Counted from the first letter of the stretch, positions 1-13,013 are shown. The stretch: DNA of 64,000 bases from Marsupella aquatica (GCA_973895155.1 OZ316892.1:20709619-20773618); one strand, 5' to 3'. Numbers and translations are program-made. The notes: generated from the sequence alone by a model not told the origin.

Positions 1-505
1 AGCACCGGGAGCATCATGATGCCAAACTCAATCAGCTAGTCGACCTGCCTAGAGGCACTACAAATGCTCCTCAAGCGGAGAGAATTCACAAAATCTAGCT
101 GTATCCAATTCTTTTGCTTCTTCGCCTCGTCTTCACACCTCCACTGCCCTAACTCCGTTCGTACCTGTACACAAACCTCTTTTCCGACAGTAGACAAACA
201 ACACCCAGCTCTCAATTAACTACAATAGCTATTGACGAGAATCCCCCTCTTCTCCACCCAAAAAAACTGCTCCAACACCAGGACGACGACACGAAAGTCC
301 GGTCTCCTGATCTTCTCGTGAACTACTTTCAACACCCACCTCGATCGACAGACGATTCCACACTCAAAAACAACAACCCACAATCTTATTCGTAGGGAAC
401 AGAACACGTTTGACCGTCTCATGAGCTTCAGAGAAGCACCAGCTCAAGAGCACACTGGTCTTCTGGGATGCCAAATCATCAGGAAGCGAAAGGCAGGATG
501 ATTCC

Positions 506-610
506 CGCACCGCACCGCACCGCACCGCCCCGTCGTCACCACCACTCTACTACGGGCAAAGACCACAAAGATTTCTAAAGCCCCGTCGTCACCACTCTAC
601 GCTACGGGAA
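506..610. repeat. (CGCAC)n microsatellite followed by a short duplicated motif (gccccgtcgtcaccactctac..tacggg x2)
   Basis: Seen directly: cgcac tandem units at ~506-530. The gccccgtcgtcacc...tacggg motif occurs at ~527 and ~580. Confidence 0.8.
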
Positions 611-985
611 CAGACAGCGAAGATCCCTCTGGACACCTGACGACTCATCCTGTCTAATTGGAGTACTTAGGGGCGAAATGAGTTACATTAGCTGAAATTA
701 GCGCGCGACGACGGGACTTATTAATTATTAGAGGTCGTTTGGCTTTTGATTAGATTAATTAAACGAACCACCGACCCCATACGAGATGAGACACGGAGAA
801 TCTCTGATCCTCATTAGACGCGGGAGGTACAGTAGGTACTACTTATCGAAGCTTTCTTCTATGGAGAGGTTCTTGGATTGGAGGGAACGAGGAGGAAGTT
901 GAACCACCGGAAGCATTTCTTCTATTATTGGAGGAGAGGAGCCAGCTTTTTTCTTCTTGTTTTTAAAGTTTAGCCAAGGTGGTTA

Positions 986-1298
986 CTAGTTCTTCTTTTC
1001 TTTTCCCTTGAAAAGCCCATCCAATATAAGATAGACGGCTCGGGAGCATGCAATTCTATCTAGGGTAGCCACAAGGGGACAATAACCAGGATCCGCAAGG
1101 ACCCAGACCAGGAGAGAGAGAAGATTAAACCAGGGCCCCAAAGCGAGCCAACCAGGGGCTGAGACGATAATCAATATTCCCACCATTACACCCCACCCAC
1201 ACAGACCACACATATACCCTCCACACCTGAGTATTGAACCTGGGACCTTGAACCTGTAGGTTCTAGGCTCATGCCAATTGACCAAAGCCAATTGGTTT
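986..1298 (-). mobile_element. tRNA-derived SINE, ~313 bp
   Basis: Flanked by an 8-bp direct repeat ggtggtta (978-985 and 1299-1306). On the minus strand the 5' end has an A-box-like tggtcaattgg and a B-box-like ggttcaatac. The 3' end is A-rich (gaaaagaaaagaagaa). Confidence 0.7.
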
Positions 1299-2829
1299 GG
1301 TGGTTATTGTTTTACCCTACACACAAGCAAAGGTCTGGTTTTGGAGTATTTTATTTCAATTATACACTACTTTCTGACTATTGTAGAGCACTCCCCCTGG
1401 CTAACACTCCCCCAAAACATTTAGGTGATGGCAAATGAAACATATTTTTTGGAATTTCAGTACTCCAAACTGTCTTGGGTGGGTTTCATGGTTTCAGGTG
1501 CTTGTAATATTGAAGAAACTATAAATTGAACAAAAGGTTATGCCTCAAAGGTGCTTGCAGTAGTTGTAGGAATTACAGAAAATACAAATATATGAACTAG
1601 GTCTTTTGAGCCTGCAAGACAATTTCCCCTTAAAACGAACAAACATGGAAAACAACAGTTCAAATTGAAGCCACACATTCCCAGTGTGCACTATTCAAGG
1701 CAAACACATCATTTAGTGAGACAAAAAGTGGGACTTCTTGTGATTTTTTCCCCTTTTTTAAGGGGAAATCTGTGAAATTACACAGATAAGAAACACTAAG
1801 TTACAACATTTGACCCCAAGATCTATGACACTCTACTCAAATGAGTTATTACACGACAATGCCTTTATGTGAACTCTAATGATTGTGACACCTGAAATAA
1901 TGTGACTCACATTATTTTATGTGAGACTAACACTAAATGTGGTGGAATATGTGAGACATAATTTAAAGGCTACACAATTAGTGAGATTAACACTAATTGT
2001 GGTGGCCAGTGTAGTAGAGGTGTAAAGGGTGTGAGGGTCCATGGGGGTTGCCTGTTGCATTGGCTCAGGCCATCCTAGTTTCAACTTACACGTCGGCGGT
2101 CACCCCTTGGTGACCTGTAGTCACACGTTGCCCTGGACGCGGGGACAGTGCTCAGTGCTCACCCATCAACGAAGGTTCACGGCCGGGAAAATGCCGGAAA
2201 AGACAGATTTCCGTCATATTCCCGGACGTAAATCCCAGATGTGAGAGCCGTAAGACACAAATCTCCGTCAGATTCCCGGACGTAAAGGCCAGATGTGAGA
2301 CTGTAGCTGCGAGGCAAGCTTTTCGTTCGTGCACGGTGAAGAACTTCCTCTCCGTCCCATTTGTGAGGTTTTGCTTTCAGGAGTGGAGAAATTTCGCGAA
2401 TTGAATCGATTGATTGGATCGGGAGTCACGAAGAGGAGGAGCTGCTCGATTATTTGGGGAGGCGGTCCGCCAGCGCGGGTTTGAATTTCGGTAGGCACCG
2501 TGGTTTGTTTTGGTTGTGCTTCTGTTGAAGTTGTTGATAGGTGAAGGCCAGATCTGGAAAATGCAATTGAGTTTCTGGCGTCGGACTACTGTGGAGTGAG
2601 GACTTGAGAGTGAGGTGCGGAAGGACATAGATCCTGAGATGGTAGCAACTTCTACTTCATATGAATTTTTGTTTCTGATTTCGATGGTCTTTGTGGATGT
2701 GATTATGTATGGCAGGGGGATCGCGAGGACTGGAGTCGCGGAAGGGGAGGGAACAGGAATCCAGGTTGAAAGAGGAAGAGGAAGAGAGTTTATATTGCTG
2801 CTGCTGCTGCAGCGGCGGCGTTAGGAATC

Positions 2830-5800
2830 ATGTATGGATTCGAGGCTATGACCTTTAACGTCCACGGTGGCTTCTTGGAGGCTATCGTGCGCGGGTACCG
2901 CGCAGGGTTGCTGACAGCCGCGGATTACAACAATCTTTGCCAGTGTGAGACGCTGGAGGATGTAAAGTTGCACCTCAGTGCCACCGATTATGGCCCCTAC
3001 CTTGCAAACGGTACGTCTGTGCCCCCTTGTTCATCTGCAACGCATTTGAATCCTTAGGGTTTATTTGAACGGACACATGTTTATCGGTGCATAAGCGGTC
3101 TGTCACGCATTAGACCCTGCGCTCCATCGTCCGGTTCGAGAGGATTCAGGCAGTATGGTTGTGTTCAGCATCCGCTTCAAATTAAGTGACTGACGTCTCT
3201 TCTCAATAGTGTCAAACGAAAATTTTCATCAATTACTAGCATCTAGCATTCAGCATCGAGGAAACAGCAGGTTTGGCAGGATTCCTACAATGTGGTTTGG
3301 TCAGGCCTCAAATTTAGCTTTTGACCTATCTTCTGGAAACTGTCGAATGAAAGTGTCTACACTGGTTTTGGGTTGATTCAGCTTTCGAGCATATCGTACA
3401 TTTCAGATGCTTTGTGCTTGCGCATATGAGTTTAGATGGAGCTGACTTATAATGCAGCTTTGAGAAGCTGGAGTGAATGGACGACTTTGACTGTAGTGGA
3501 CGTTTGATGCAACAGAGCCGTCGCCCTTACACACTACTACCATCGTGGAGAAATGTACTCAAAAGCTGGTCGATGAGTACAACTTCATGCTTACCCAAGT
3601 TTCAGAACCTCTTTCAACTTTTCTGGAGTACATCACGTATGTCTGCCATCTCTCCCTTCGTGACGTTGTAGTGTTTTCTGTGGCGTGTTCTCATTTCGGA
3701 ATAAATGTCGGCATGTGGTTCTAGAGCACATTTGGGTGATCAGGTATGAGATATGAATGTCTGAGAAAGTCCTCACTTGAGTAGCCCTACGCTGTGGTTG
3801 GCAGATATGGGCACATGATCGACAATGTGGTCCTCATCGTGACTGGAACTCTACACGAGAGGGACGTTCATGAATTGCTGGAAAAGTGTCATCCTCTGGG
3901 AATGTTTGACAGGTAAAGTTGGCTTCTACACACAATTCGGTTACAATCAGGAACAATTTCGTCGAGTATTTTTGTCATTGTAACGAAACTGAGTAAATTA
4001 TTGCCAATATTGTTACAGCATTGCAAGTCTCGCGGTTGCACAGAACATGCGTGAATTATATCGACTTGTTCTCGTGGACACTCCGTTGGCACCTTACTTC
4101 TCAGAGTGCATTACTTCAGAAGTAAGTCAACCCGAAAACCTGCTTTTCCTGTTGGCGTTCATACTTCCCTCGCACTGATGTTGTTTTCATAGCGACAGGT
4201 CTAGGTTGAACTGGGGATTTTCTTCCAGAATTTTCTTCAGATATTTCAATTGGAGGGAGCCCTAATTTGATCTTCTGGTTTGCTTCTTCCAGGATTTAGA
4301 TGACATGAATATTGAGATCATGCGGAACACTCTCTACAAAGCATATCTCGAAGACTTCTACAAGTTTTGTAAGGTAAATCTTTATTTTCTGCTGCCGAGG
4401 TTGAAGAGGTTTACTGCTTTGTCAATCCCCACGGCGTGTTTAACCTTGTAATTGATATAGAGGTTTCTACAACCTGAGCAATCTTTTCTCTGGGATTACG
4501 GTTTCATAAATGGATATTTCAATTTAGTTGTAAAGATATTCAGCCAGCATCTTGCAGAACGCTGCTTTTGGCTAATTCATCGAACGTTATATGTTTTACG
4601 TCTATGGATAGAGGTGTTAGTCTCCATCCACCAATCTGATTGTGCAGCCTGTGTGTTTTGGGATATTTTCCCTTTAAAGAAGAGGGCACCTCTTCTTGCC
4701 TAATGAGTACTTTTAACCGCAGAGCCTAGGAGGGGCCACAGCTGAGTTGATGTGCGATCTTCTTGGGTTTGAAGCTGATTGGAGGGCAATAAACATTACA
4801 GTTAACAGGTGCATTGAGGTTATATTAGGTTTCGCGAGCAGTTCGTGTTTGAAATGCGGACTTCACGTGTTAGTGTGAATAATCAAGAAAGAGCATCTTA
4901 CAGGCTTTATGAAGTTCATCTCTCCTCGGGACGCCTCCGTTCTTTATATTCCATCTGTAATTGGAAAGAGGTTTTCTGTGAGATCTTAATTGTATATTGT
5001 TACCAACTCTGTTGGGGTTCCCCCTATTCAGCTGCTCCTCAAGTGCATTAACTGGAATCATCGTCATGTGTTCTTAACAGCATTGGTACTGAGCTGACAC
5101 GCGATGATAGGCGGAAGCTGTACTCAAACTTTGGGCTTCTGTAAGTCTTGGCTTGCGTAGTTGTTTTTGCTACGTCCCTAATGCATGAAGAGAGGTCCTT
5201 ACTTGTTATCGCACTTGTCAACGCTGATGCTTTCTCGTCTGTGTTGTAATTCTTTGGTCTTACTCTCCTGTCGGTAGGTTGAGTCATTCATGGGATATTG
5301 GAACTATCACTAGTATGTCAAATGAAGCTCTTAGCATCATTTTCTCATCGCAATGCTGAGATATTTCCTGAGGCTCGGAATGCCTTGTTTTGGTATTTTT
5401 ACAGGTATCCATATGGCCATGAAGAACTTGCGGTTTGTGAAGATTTTGATGCGGTGTGTTCTCTACACTTTCTTACAATTTGTTCTGTGTACTAAACCTA
5501 AAAGGTTTAAAGTTAGTTTCAAGGGGCTCTATGTCAGTCCTTTAGACCTCTTCTATTTTCTTTTTGTGGTTTCGTTGACTTAATGTGGTTTTGGTGTATC
5601 TGCACGCGTTCAGGTCCGTGGAGCTGTCGAGAAATATCCACCATTTCAAGCTATCTTTGCAAAGCTTGCATTTGGAGAGAGCCAAATGCTAGACAAGTCA
5701 TTTTACGAGGAGCATGTCAAGAGGTTGGCTCTCGTGTTCGAACAACAGGTTCTTTTCCATTCTCAACTTGCAATTTGAAAGCTCCCAGTAAACTTTTGGA

Positions 5801-6314
5801 GAACACCGTACGAGCATTTAATTTGGGCTTCTGTCATGGTCGATTCACACTGCCACAGTGCTGCATCATTCTTGCAGCAAGTAAATTGTATATGGTCTTG
5901 GCAATCGGCTGCTCAGAGGATAAAGAGAAGGTCTCAAAATATGGTTTCGCTAGCTTTGAATGTCAAGCTTTACTGCTGGGGTCAATGGCATTTAGAGGCA
6001 TGCATTGTCTTTTTGCGCCTGATATTTCGCTGACAATAGAATAAGGCTGGTCTGAAACCTCGCATGCCGAGTGGGTGATCTTGTCTTCTGCTTCGCAATT
6101 CATTTCAAATTCATTCAGCTTCCGCGCACGGTGAAGCTGGTTTTGGTGCTGCGTGTCTAATTGTGACTTCTGCTGTGTGCAGTTTCATTATGCTGTCTTC
6201 TACTCATACATGAAGTTGCGAGAGCAGGAGACACGAAACTTAATGTGGATTGCTGAATGTGTTGCTCAAAACCAGAAATCAAGAATCCACGATGGAATTG
6301 TCATGATTTTCTGA
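2830..6314 (+). CDS. VHA-d: V-type proton ATPase V0 subunit d, 10 exons, 351 aa
   Basis: Exons 2830-3010, 3516-3636, 3805-3912, 4019-4121, 4293-4373, 4723-4808, 5081-5140, 5405-5453, 5614-5748, 6183-6314. All introns are GT-AG and the exons total 1056 nt in frame. The translation [24 protein letters not shown]...[21 protein letters not shown]-like...[18 protein letters not shown] matches plant VHA-d. Confidence 0.97.
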
Positions 6315-7139
6315 TTCTTCTGGCTCAAAGGTTTGTAAGATATTGGTAGAAGGACATGTATTTGTTCCTCGCAAGAGACCCGAGGCTGTTGTCAAACTGC
6401 AGATTTCTGCTGGAACACAACCGGGAATAAGAAGCACAGTCGTACCTCTGGAGCAAGCAGTATAGAAAACTCGCTTACGGTTTAGGCTGAATGTGAGTTC
6501 AGTTGATGGACTCCTGGGATGTATAGTATTTGATCAACCTTTGTAAACAGGATCGTATTTGTGAGCTCATCTTTTGGCTTCATTTGAGTACTTGTCCAGC
6601 TATGGATTAGATCTATCGTCGTTATATTGTTAAGGGGAACGGAGCCAGGGATGAAATTACCGGTAGTTCTGCTTGTGAGAGAAGAGGTCTGTCTTAAACA
6701 TGGATTGAAAGTAGCTATGTTTGTCAGAGGAGCCCAGACATGGAAGGTCTGAAAATATTTTAGTCTAGTAGTAATTATGTTGACGATGGGAGGTTCAGCC
6801 ATTGTAGACGAGATGAAATTTTTAGTTGTTCATCGAGTTAAAGCTTAATAGAGGCACATTGCACTAAACAGTCGTGGAAAACAGTGGTGGATCTGGTGCA
6901 TTTTGATCTGGTGCAACCAGGGAACATGCCGAATAATCTTGTCAAAGAAAGTCCTGACAGGAAATTTCACAAAGACGTGTTATCTCAGAGACATCATTTC
7001 CCACGTGAAAAAAATGATTTCGAATTAGAAAGAATGGCAGCCGTGAAGCAAGTTTATCACAAGTTTATCGCGCAGTCAGAACTGGGATGTCTAGTTTGAG
7101 CTTCATTTCGAGGTTCTACCTGTGCTTCTTTCTCTAGAT

Positions 7140-10100
7140 TCAGTTTTGGCGTCGGGTGATGTGATCAAATATGATCACATGCTTGTATTCATTAGTCTTT
7201 ACCTGCAATTGAGAGGACCAAGTACCCTTAGAAGCCAACGTGTTGCGTCTTATTTAGACAAACGCACTTAAGGGCATGCACTAGCCTGTTTATTTCCTTT
7301 GTCAGTCCAAGCAACTGCAAGATAGTTCAAGCATGTGTGGCGGCTCACCACAATCCTTGTAGATAAGTCTCCAGGGGTCACTGCTGGGTCCACCTGTTTG
7401 GAACGATTTACAGATCAGCCTTGTCTAAGACCAGTAAGTTCAAATCCGGAGCTGAGAAGAAAAACTCAAGATTCTTAGGTTATTGATACTACTCTTAAAC
7501 AGCAAACTCCTCGATTATGATTCGTGGCAAAAGAATTGGAAAGCATACAATATATGTTCACTTCTGAACACAAAAGACTGGAGTAGTGACACGATGTTGT
7601 CTTACGTTCAAGACTTTCCGGTCTTTCTTGTTTTTGAACAAGATTCCAGTCTCGTTATCAGCAATTACCTGCAAAAAGCCCACACTCATTTCTAGATTCC
7701 TTCCAAGCCCAACCTGAGCATCGGCCTTAGAGTTCCAAGTGGCATTGTGATTGCAATAACCTCTGCCTCTTTCTATGACAGCCGATATGTTTACGAGGGT
7801 AGCATTTACCTGCCAATTCTGTGACTGGTTCTGAAACGAGATTTTGGTGTCCCTGCAAACACCCCATCCATCAACAACATCCTATAGATCAGATCAAGGC
7901 AAAGTTTAGGGAGTGCATGTCTACATGTTATTTCTATCAAATCCTACTCAAATGTGTCAAAACTTTGGTTTCCCAGAGAGCAGCTTTTGCCAACGCGAAG
8001 AGTGAATTCTGACCAGTTGTAGTACGAGAGGTCTGTTGGCGTTGGAAGGAATCGTTTCTTGCGGTCAAAAATCGGTTCCAAGTCCTCCGTCTTCAAACGC
8101 TCACCATAGTCGATATAACCAGAAATCTGTCTTTTGCACAGAACAACCGAGGTTAACTTCAAGAAGTGAATCCCTTGCCTACCGACGTCTGTCGTCGAAT
8201 TCTGGTCTCTATGGTCCACTGAAAGGAGATAAGCAAGCACAAGCGGAGACTCATTATGAGAATTGAAATCCTGACTAGATGACGTTTGGAGCTGCAAGTT
8301 TGTGTAACAATTCTACTGGATTCCATGAATTTGTTCAAAGATTAAGAATTCGGCCTTCTAACCTCATGACCCTGAGGGTTGAAATCTCGAACAAAAATAA
8401 TTGTCTGAGATCAAGCTAAGAAGTCTTCCCAAAAGAGGTGAGCAATGTATCTCTCTTATCCACTTTACTCACGAATGTGAATGTAAAGTCACTTGGACTC
8501 TCGTTCTGCAAGCCTTCAACTGACTCTCTGTTGAAATTTACGAAAGTAGGGCTAATTAATTAACGTGACAGGCCAAGGACAGAAACTTGTGTTTCCTGTA
8601 GTAAAGCATGCAGCAAGACATTCGAGATGGATACAGCAAGTGTCAATTTAGAGGTTGCCATCGATGCTTCTCGCTCAGCCAATGCCTGCACTTACAAAAC
8701 ACAGAAGTCATCCATCTGCAGTGTCTACTAACTACTGCCTCTACGTAAATGGGAGATTGTTGTGGGATCGAGAGTCTTACTTGCAAACAATGTGTCTGGA
8801 AAGGATAATTATGAAACAAAAGTTTTGCTCGTACCTTGAGAAAGGGAAAAGCCTCTAAGTCTTTCCCCGCACTAAAGAGCTTCTTGGGCGTCTTCCGCAG
8901 AGCCTAGCACGACAATCCTAACAATATGTGAATTGAAAATATTGAAGGTGGTCACATGTAACTCTTCTTTCCAACCCTAATTACTGTATAAACACTGAAA
9001 ATTCAAGTCTCGGCTGTTATGAACACCTCGATCAATCTCGCTTCGTGTCGAGGATTCTTCCAATCTATCTTTTCCCAATTTTTGAAGATTTCTTCAAAGC
9101 AGCGGTGAGTAAAAGCATTTAGCAAGATCGGCCAAATGGGAATCATACCTGCAAACGTGCTATCTCTGCAGCCTCTTTGAAACCTGCGAAGTCCACCCTT
9201 GTCATAACTTCGGCATTACTCCTATACCTGTGTGGTAATGCACCGACTGGAAGTGAATGAAATGGTCGTTCAGCACGTGCAGATTCAGTATTCTCTGAGG
9301 ATCTTGGCAGCGAGTTACTTATAGACAGTTGACATTCATGGAGTTCGGGTGGAGTCATACAATAGTGCGCTCTTAACATCTTCATTGTCAATTCCAACTT
9401 ACGAGACAAAAGACACCCCTCAATTGGTGCTTCTCAGTACTTATGTACATGAAAAAGCCCACTGTTATTGTCATCCATTCAATCTCTGTTATTATTTGTG
9501 AAGCCGTTTACAAATCAATTTTTTTTTTGTCATGCATTCAATCTCTGTTATTATTTGTGAAGCCGTTTACAAATCAAATTTGAAGGGAGGAGAGGAGTCA
9601 TTTCTTCAAATGAGTTTCTGAGACAGAAGCAGGAAAATGCCAAACACTGGTGTCCGTCCTCAAATTAGAAATGGCAACAAGACGTACCCGAGCTCCACCA
9701 GCTGCCTGGCTAGCTCAAGGTCCTCGAGGTAGAACATATCCGTGAGAGTGATCTGACTGTCGAGATAATCCTCGTACCTAGTGGTGATCATCAGGATTAC
9801 AACAAGGCAGGGTTCAAGCGCACACCAATTTGACTAACTTCCGCTCTATTCCGCGAAGGGATGCCACCTTGTCATTTACAACCCGAAACAATAAGATCAT
9901 CCGAATTCTTTGTGTTGTTTTCAACAAGTGCTAAGACTTGACTTCAGATGTTCTACATTAATGGTGAGTCAGTGAGGGAAATTTACAGAGACAAAGATCT
10001 CCTTACGTCTCGAACTCTTGGATGATGGCATTTCCTGATGCGGCAGTAAATGCAGGCCCTAACGTGTTGTTTTCAACAAAGTGCTAAGACTTGACTTCAG

Positions 10101-10281
10101 ATGTCCTACGTGAATGGTGAGCCAGTGAGGGAAATTGACAGTGACAAAGATCTCCTTACGTCTCGAACTCTTGGATGATGGCATTTCCTGATGCGGCGGT
10201 AAATGCAGGCCCTAACGGCTCCTCCTTCTTTTTCTTCTCCTTACCCCGTCCGGGAGGAACACGGCTCCCTTCTTTGCCCAT
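7140..10281 (-). CDS. CFAP299: Cilia- and flagella-associated protein 299 (C4orf22/DUF4464 family), 11 exons, 259 aa
   Basis: Exons (minus strand) 10281-10160, 9777-9688, 9227-9149, 8903-8835, 8685-8635, 8404-8363, 8126-8014, 7852-7810, 7668-7606, 7393-7349, 7202-7140, totalling 780 nt in frame with GT-AG introns. Family motifs: [97 protein letters not shown]. Confidence 0.93.
9912..10216. repeat. ~152-bp tandem duplication spanning the CFAP299 exon 1/intron 1 junction
   Basis: Units 9912-10063 and 10064-10216 are nearly identical. Both contain ccttacgtctcgaactc, the donor site on the minus strand. Confidence 0.95.
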
Positions 10282-10977
10282 CGTTCCCTTACTTCCAGCC
10301 GAGTACAATTCAAGCCTTAGGGATGATGTGTGGTAGGACGCGTTTCGTTAGTGATGGAGCTCTTTATCTCGATCGATGTTCAAGAATAGATCGAACTTTG
10401 GCTTCGTTTGCAGCTCTTGTTCCAAAGCGACTACAACATGCGACATTGAGATGAATTGTTTCATATTCTCAACTTCTCAACTTCATTGAAATTCACGTTA
10501 AAGAGTCTTGACATTCGTTCTGCCGATCAACTCGGTTTGATCCATTCTTTCATTCAATTCATTGATATACCGATAGTCTCTGTTTGAGCAAATCTCAATC
10601 CCGCAGATTCCAGAGCCATGAAACACAACCGAATCAGTGACTAGTCTATTTGTGAAGGCATTCATGCAGCGAAGCGGAATTGCAGAGGATTGAATAATAA
10701 TAATGCTTCTCCGGCAGCAAACGGCCCCGCGGAGTGACTCTCAACAGGAGATCGTTCCGTAGTCCTCGACACATTTGGAAACAGCACGTTGTCCTGCGCA
10801 ATCCATCATAGGACACATTCATTCGCAAAGAACTTCAGAGCTTCTGTCGGCAACACGCATCTTCATGTTTCACTACTTTATCCACTCAATTGTAGCAAAC
10901 CTTAGATGAGCAGAGTGCATTGTCTGTTGATCGATATGACTCTTGTCACTCTTCTGCTCGTTCTCCTACCTCTTTTT

Positions 10978-11400
10978 ATGTGGGTGGCCCTTGAGTTTCC
11001 CGCCCTCAATTGCATGTGGGTGGCCCTTGAGTTTTCCACCCTGAATTACATGTGGGTGGCCCTTGAGTTTCCTGCCCTCAATTCCATGTGGGAGGCCCTT
11101 GAGTTTCCCACCCTGAATTACATGTGGGCGGCCCTTGCGTTTCCCGCCCTCAATTCCATGTGGCAGGCCCTTGAGTTTCCCACCCTGAATTACATGTGGG
11201 TGGCCCTTGAGTTTCCTGCCCTCAATTCCATGTGGGAGGCCCTTGAGTTTCCCACCCTCAATTGCACGTGGGTGGCCCTTGAGTTTCCCACCCTGAATTA
11301 CATGTTGAGTTTCCCGCCCTCAATTGCGTGAAGGTGGCCCTTGAGTTTCATGCCCTCAATTGCATGTACCCGCCTTGAGTTTCCCGCCCTCAGTTTCCCA
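10978..11400. repeat. 36-bp minisatellite, ~12 copies, alternating A/B variants
   Basis: Unit atgtgggtggcccttgagtttcc(c/t)(g/a)ccct(c/g)aatt(g/a/c)c with starts at 10978, 11014, 11050 and so on. There are no unique spacers. Confidence 0.95.
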
Positions 11401-13013
11401 CGGGCCACAATCCAACATTGACTGAGAGTTTTATGCCCCAACCTCCTCCTGAGGCAGGTCCTTATATTACAGGGAATCTCAAAGCTTCAAAGCTATGGAT
11501 GATTACGTTTGGCCTTCACAGGGTTATGTAAACAGTTTTCTTGGGTTCTATTTCACTAGCTTTTTTCATAGTGACTTCTCACAGGAGGTATCCATTGAGC
11601 TAGAGAGGGCCCAGACATTCACAATTCTTCTTAGGGCTGAGGTAGTTGGTTTTAAGGTCTCTAGTCAATTTCTTTTTCGTGACCCTCCTAAGCCTTTTAT
11701 TCCATAGCACTACCAGGCTCCTCAGTTTGCTGCTCAATAGGGCTTCAGTTAGTTTGCCCTAGTGGGGCACTTGTGGGTTGTCTAGATCTTGGGTTTTTGG
11801 CTCTGACTTTGGTCATTAGGGCATGTCAAAGTTCTCCCATACACTTTGGTTATGGCTTAATGTTTTTGGACGTACCACCCTTACGGGGTATGTATTTTGG
11901 TCATGTTAGATATTGCTCTAGTCTTGTGACTCATGAGCTAACCATAGTTAGTCTAACTCGGGTTAGGACTTAACTATTGTTAGCGGTAATGCTGTTGTGT
12001 ATATAGCCAGGGCTGATGCTAGACCCTGGAGGAACTTAGGCTCATTGTTACGGAGCTAGTTGAGAGATAGGGAGAGCTTGTGCTGTGGATGCTTGGTATG
12101 GCCGGTCGGCCTAGAGTGCAGTAAAGCTCTTGTGTGTTCCCGTGGACGTAGCCTCATGTGGAGGTGAACCACGTATCTCTCTGTGTCGACTATTGTGCGT
12201 TGGATGATTCATGGGCTTGCCGTTATGAATGTCGTCTATGCTCAACAAGTGGTATCAGAGCATGCCTGGGAGGTGACGAGGTTTTTTCGTGACAGGTTTT
12301 CCAGCGTTCATTGTCGATGGTACATTCGGAGTTTCGTCGCATGAAACTCGAATGTGTGTGGCTAAGCGATAGGTTAGTGAGAGGGCTTTCTAACGGTGGT
12401 TAGAACTCACTGATCGGTTTCCGTGGTGCGAAAGAATCAAAGTTTACGTCGTTCAAGTTTTATTCGTGTTTAACGGGTTTTTGGGGGAGAGACCAAAGTT
12501 TGCATTTTTCAACGGTGTGAGTTGTGCGGTGCGATAGGTGTCGCATGTTGTTGCTCATGTTGAAGGTTGAAGCAAGCTGGTCGTTTCGGTAGCTAAGTTA
12601 CTGCCGAGTTAATACCGAGTGAAACGTGACGAGTGGATGTTGAGTTCTGGTTTTTTGACAAGCTATGGTGCTTGTTTTTCCCTGAACCGGGTTACTCGTC
12701 GTGATGTTCAACTCGAAGGAAGAAACGCGAAGTGCTAGGGCTCAACGGAGAGATCGCGGCAAGGCGGTCATTTTGAGTCCGGGATTGGCACTTGACGCGG
12801 AGTGAAGGTGACGCGGCGGAAGTTCTTACTCTGCTGGAGCTGCAGACTGTGCTGGTGCAATTCGGCAACATTCCGGTCGACGGCGTTCACTTTTCTCGTT
12901 GGAAACGGCGATTTGGCACTACAGAATGGCGAGGTGCCACTGTGACTTAGGGCACAGAGAAAACGACAAATTAAGAAATAGTACTTTGTCCGTAATTTCC
13001 GCCGTATTTAGCG

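Noticed and set aside
1-430. 5' end of a minus-strand gene (donor-like site near 165, acceptor-like near 45)
   Set aside because: Plausible 5' UTR, but no identifiable coding sequence lies inside the window.
7715-7761. Extra CFAP299 exon beginning VIAITM
   Set aside because: It does not match the family sequence and would break the phase. The exon at 7668-7606 supplies the conserved VIADN motif.
8130-8297. N-terminal part of ORF 7944-8297 (RDQNSTTD) as CFAP299 coding sequence
   Set aside because: The true motif [14 protein letters not shown] is encoded by the exon at 8404-8363, so this stretch is intron.
10978-11400. CRISPR array (36-bp periodicity) or 141-aa repeat protein (ORF 10906-11331)
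   Set aside because: The units are contiguous with no unique spacers, there are no cas genes and the context is eukaryotic. The ORF is a by-product of a 36-bp unit without stops.
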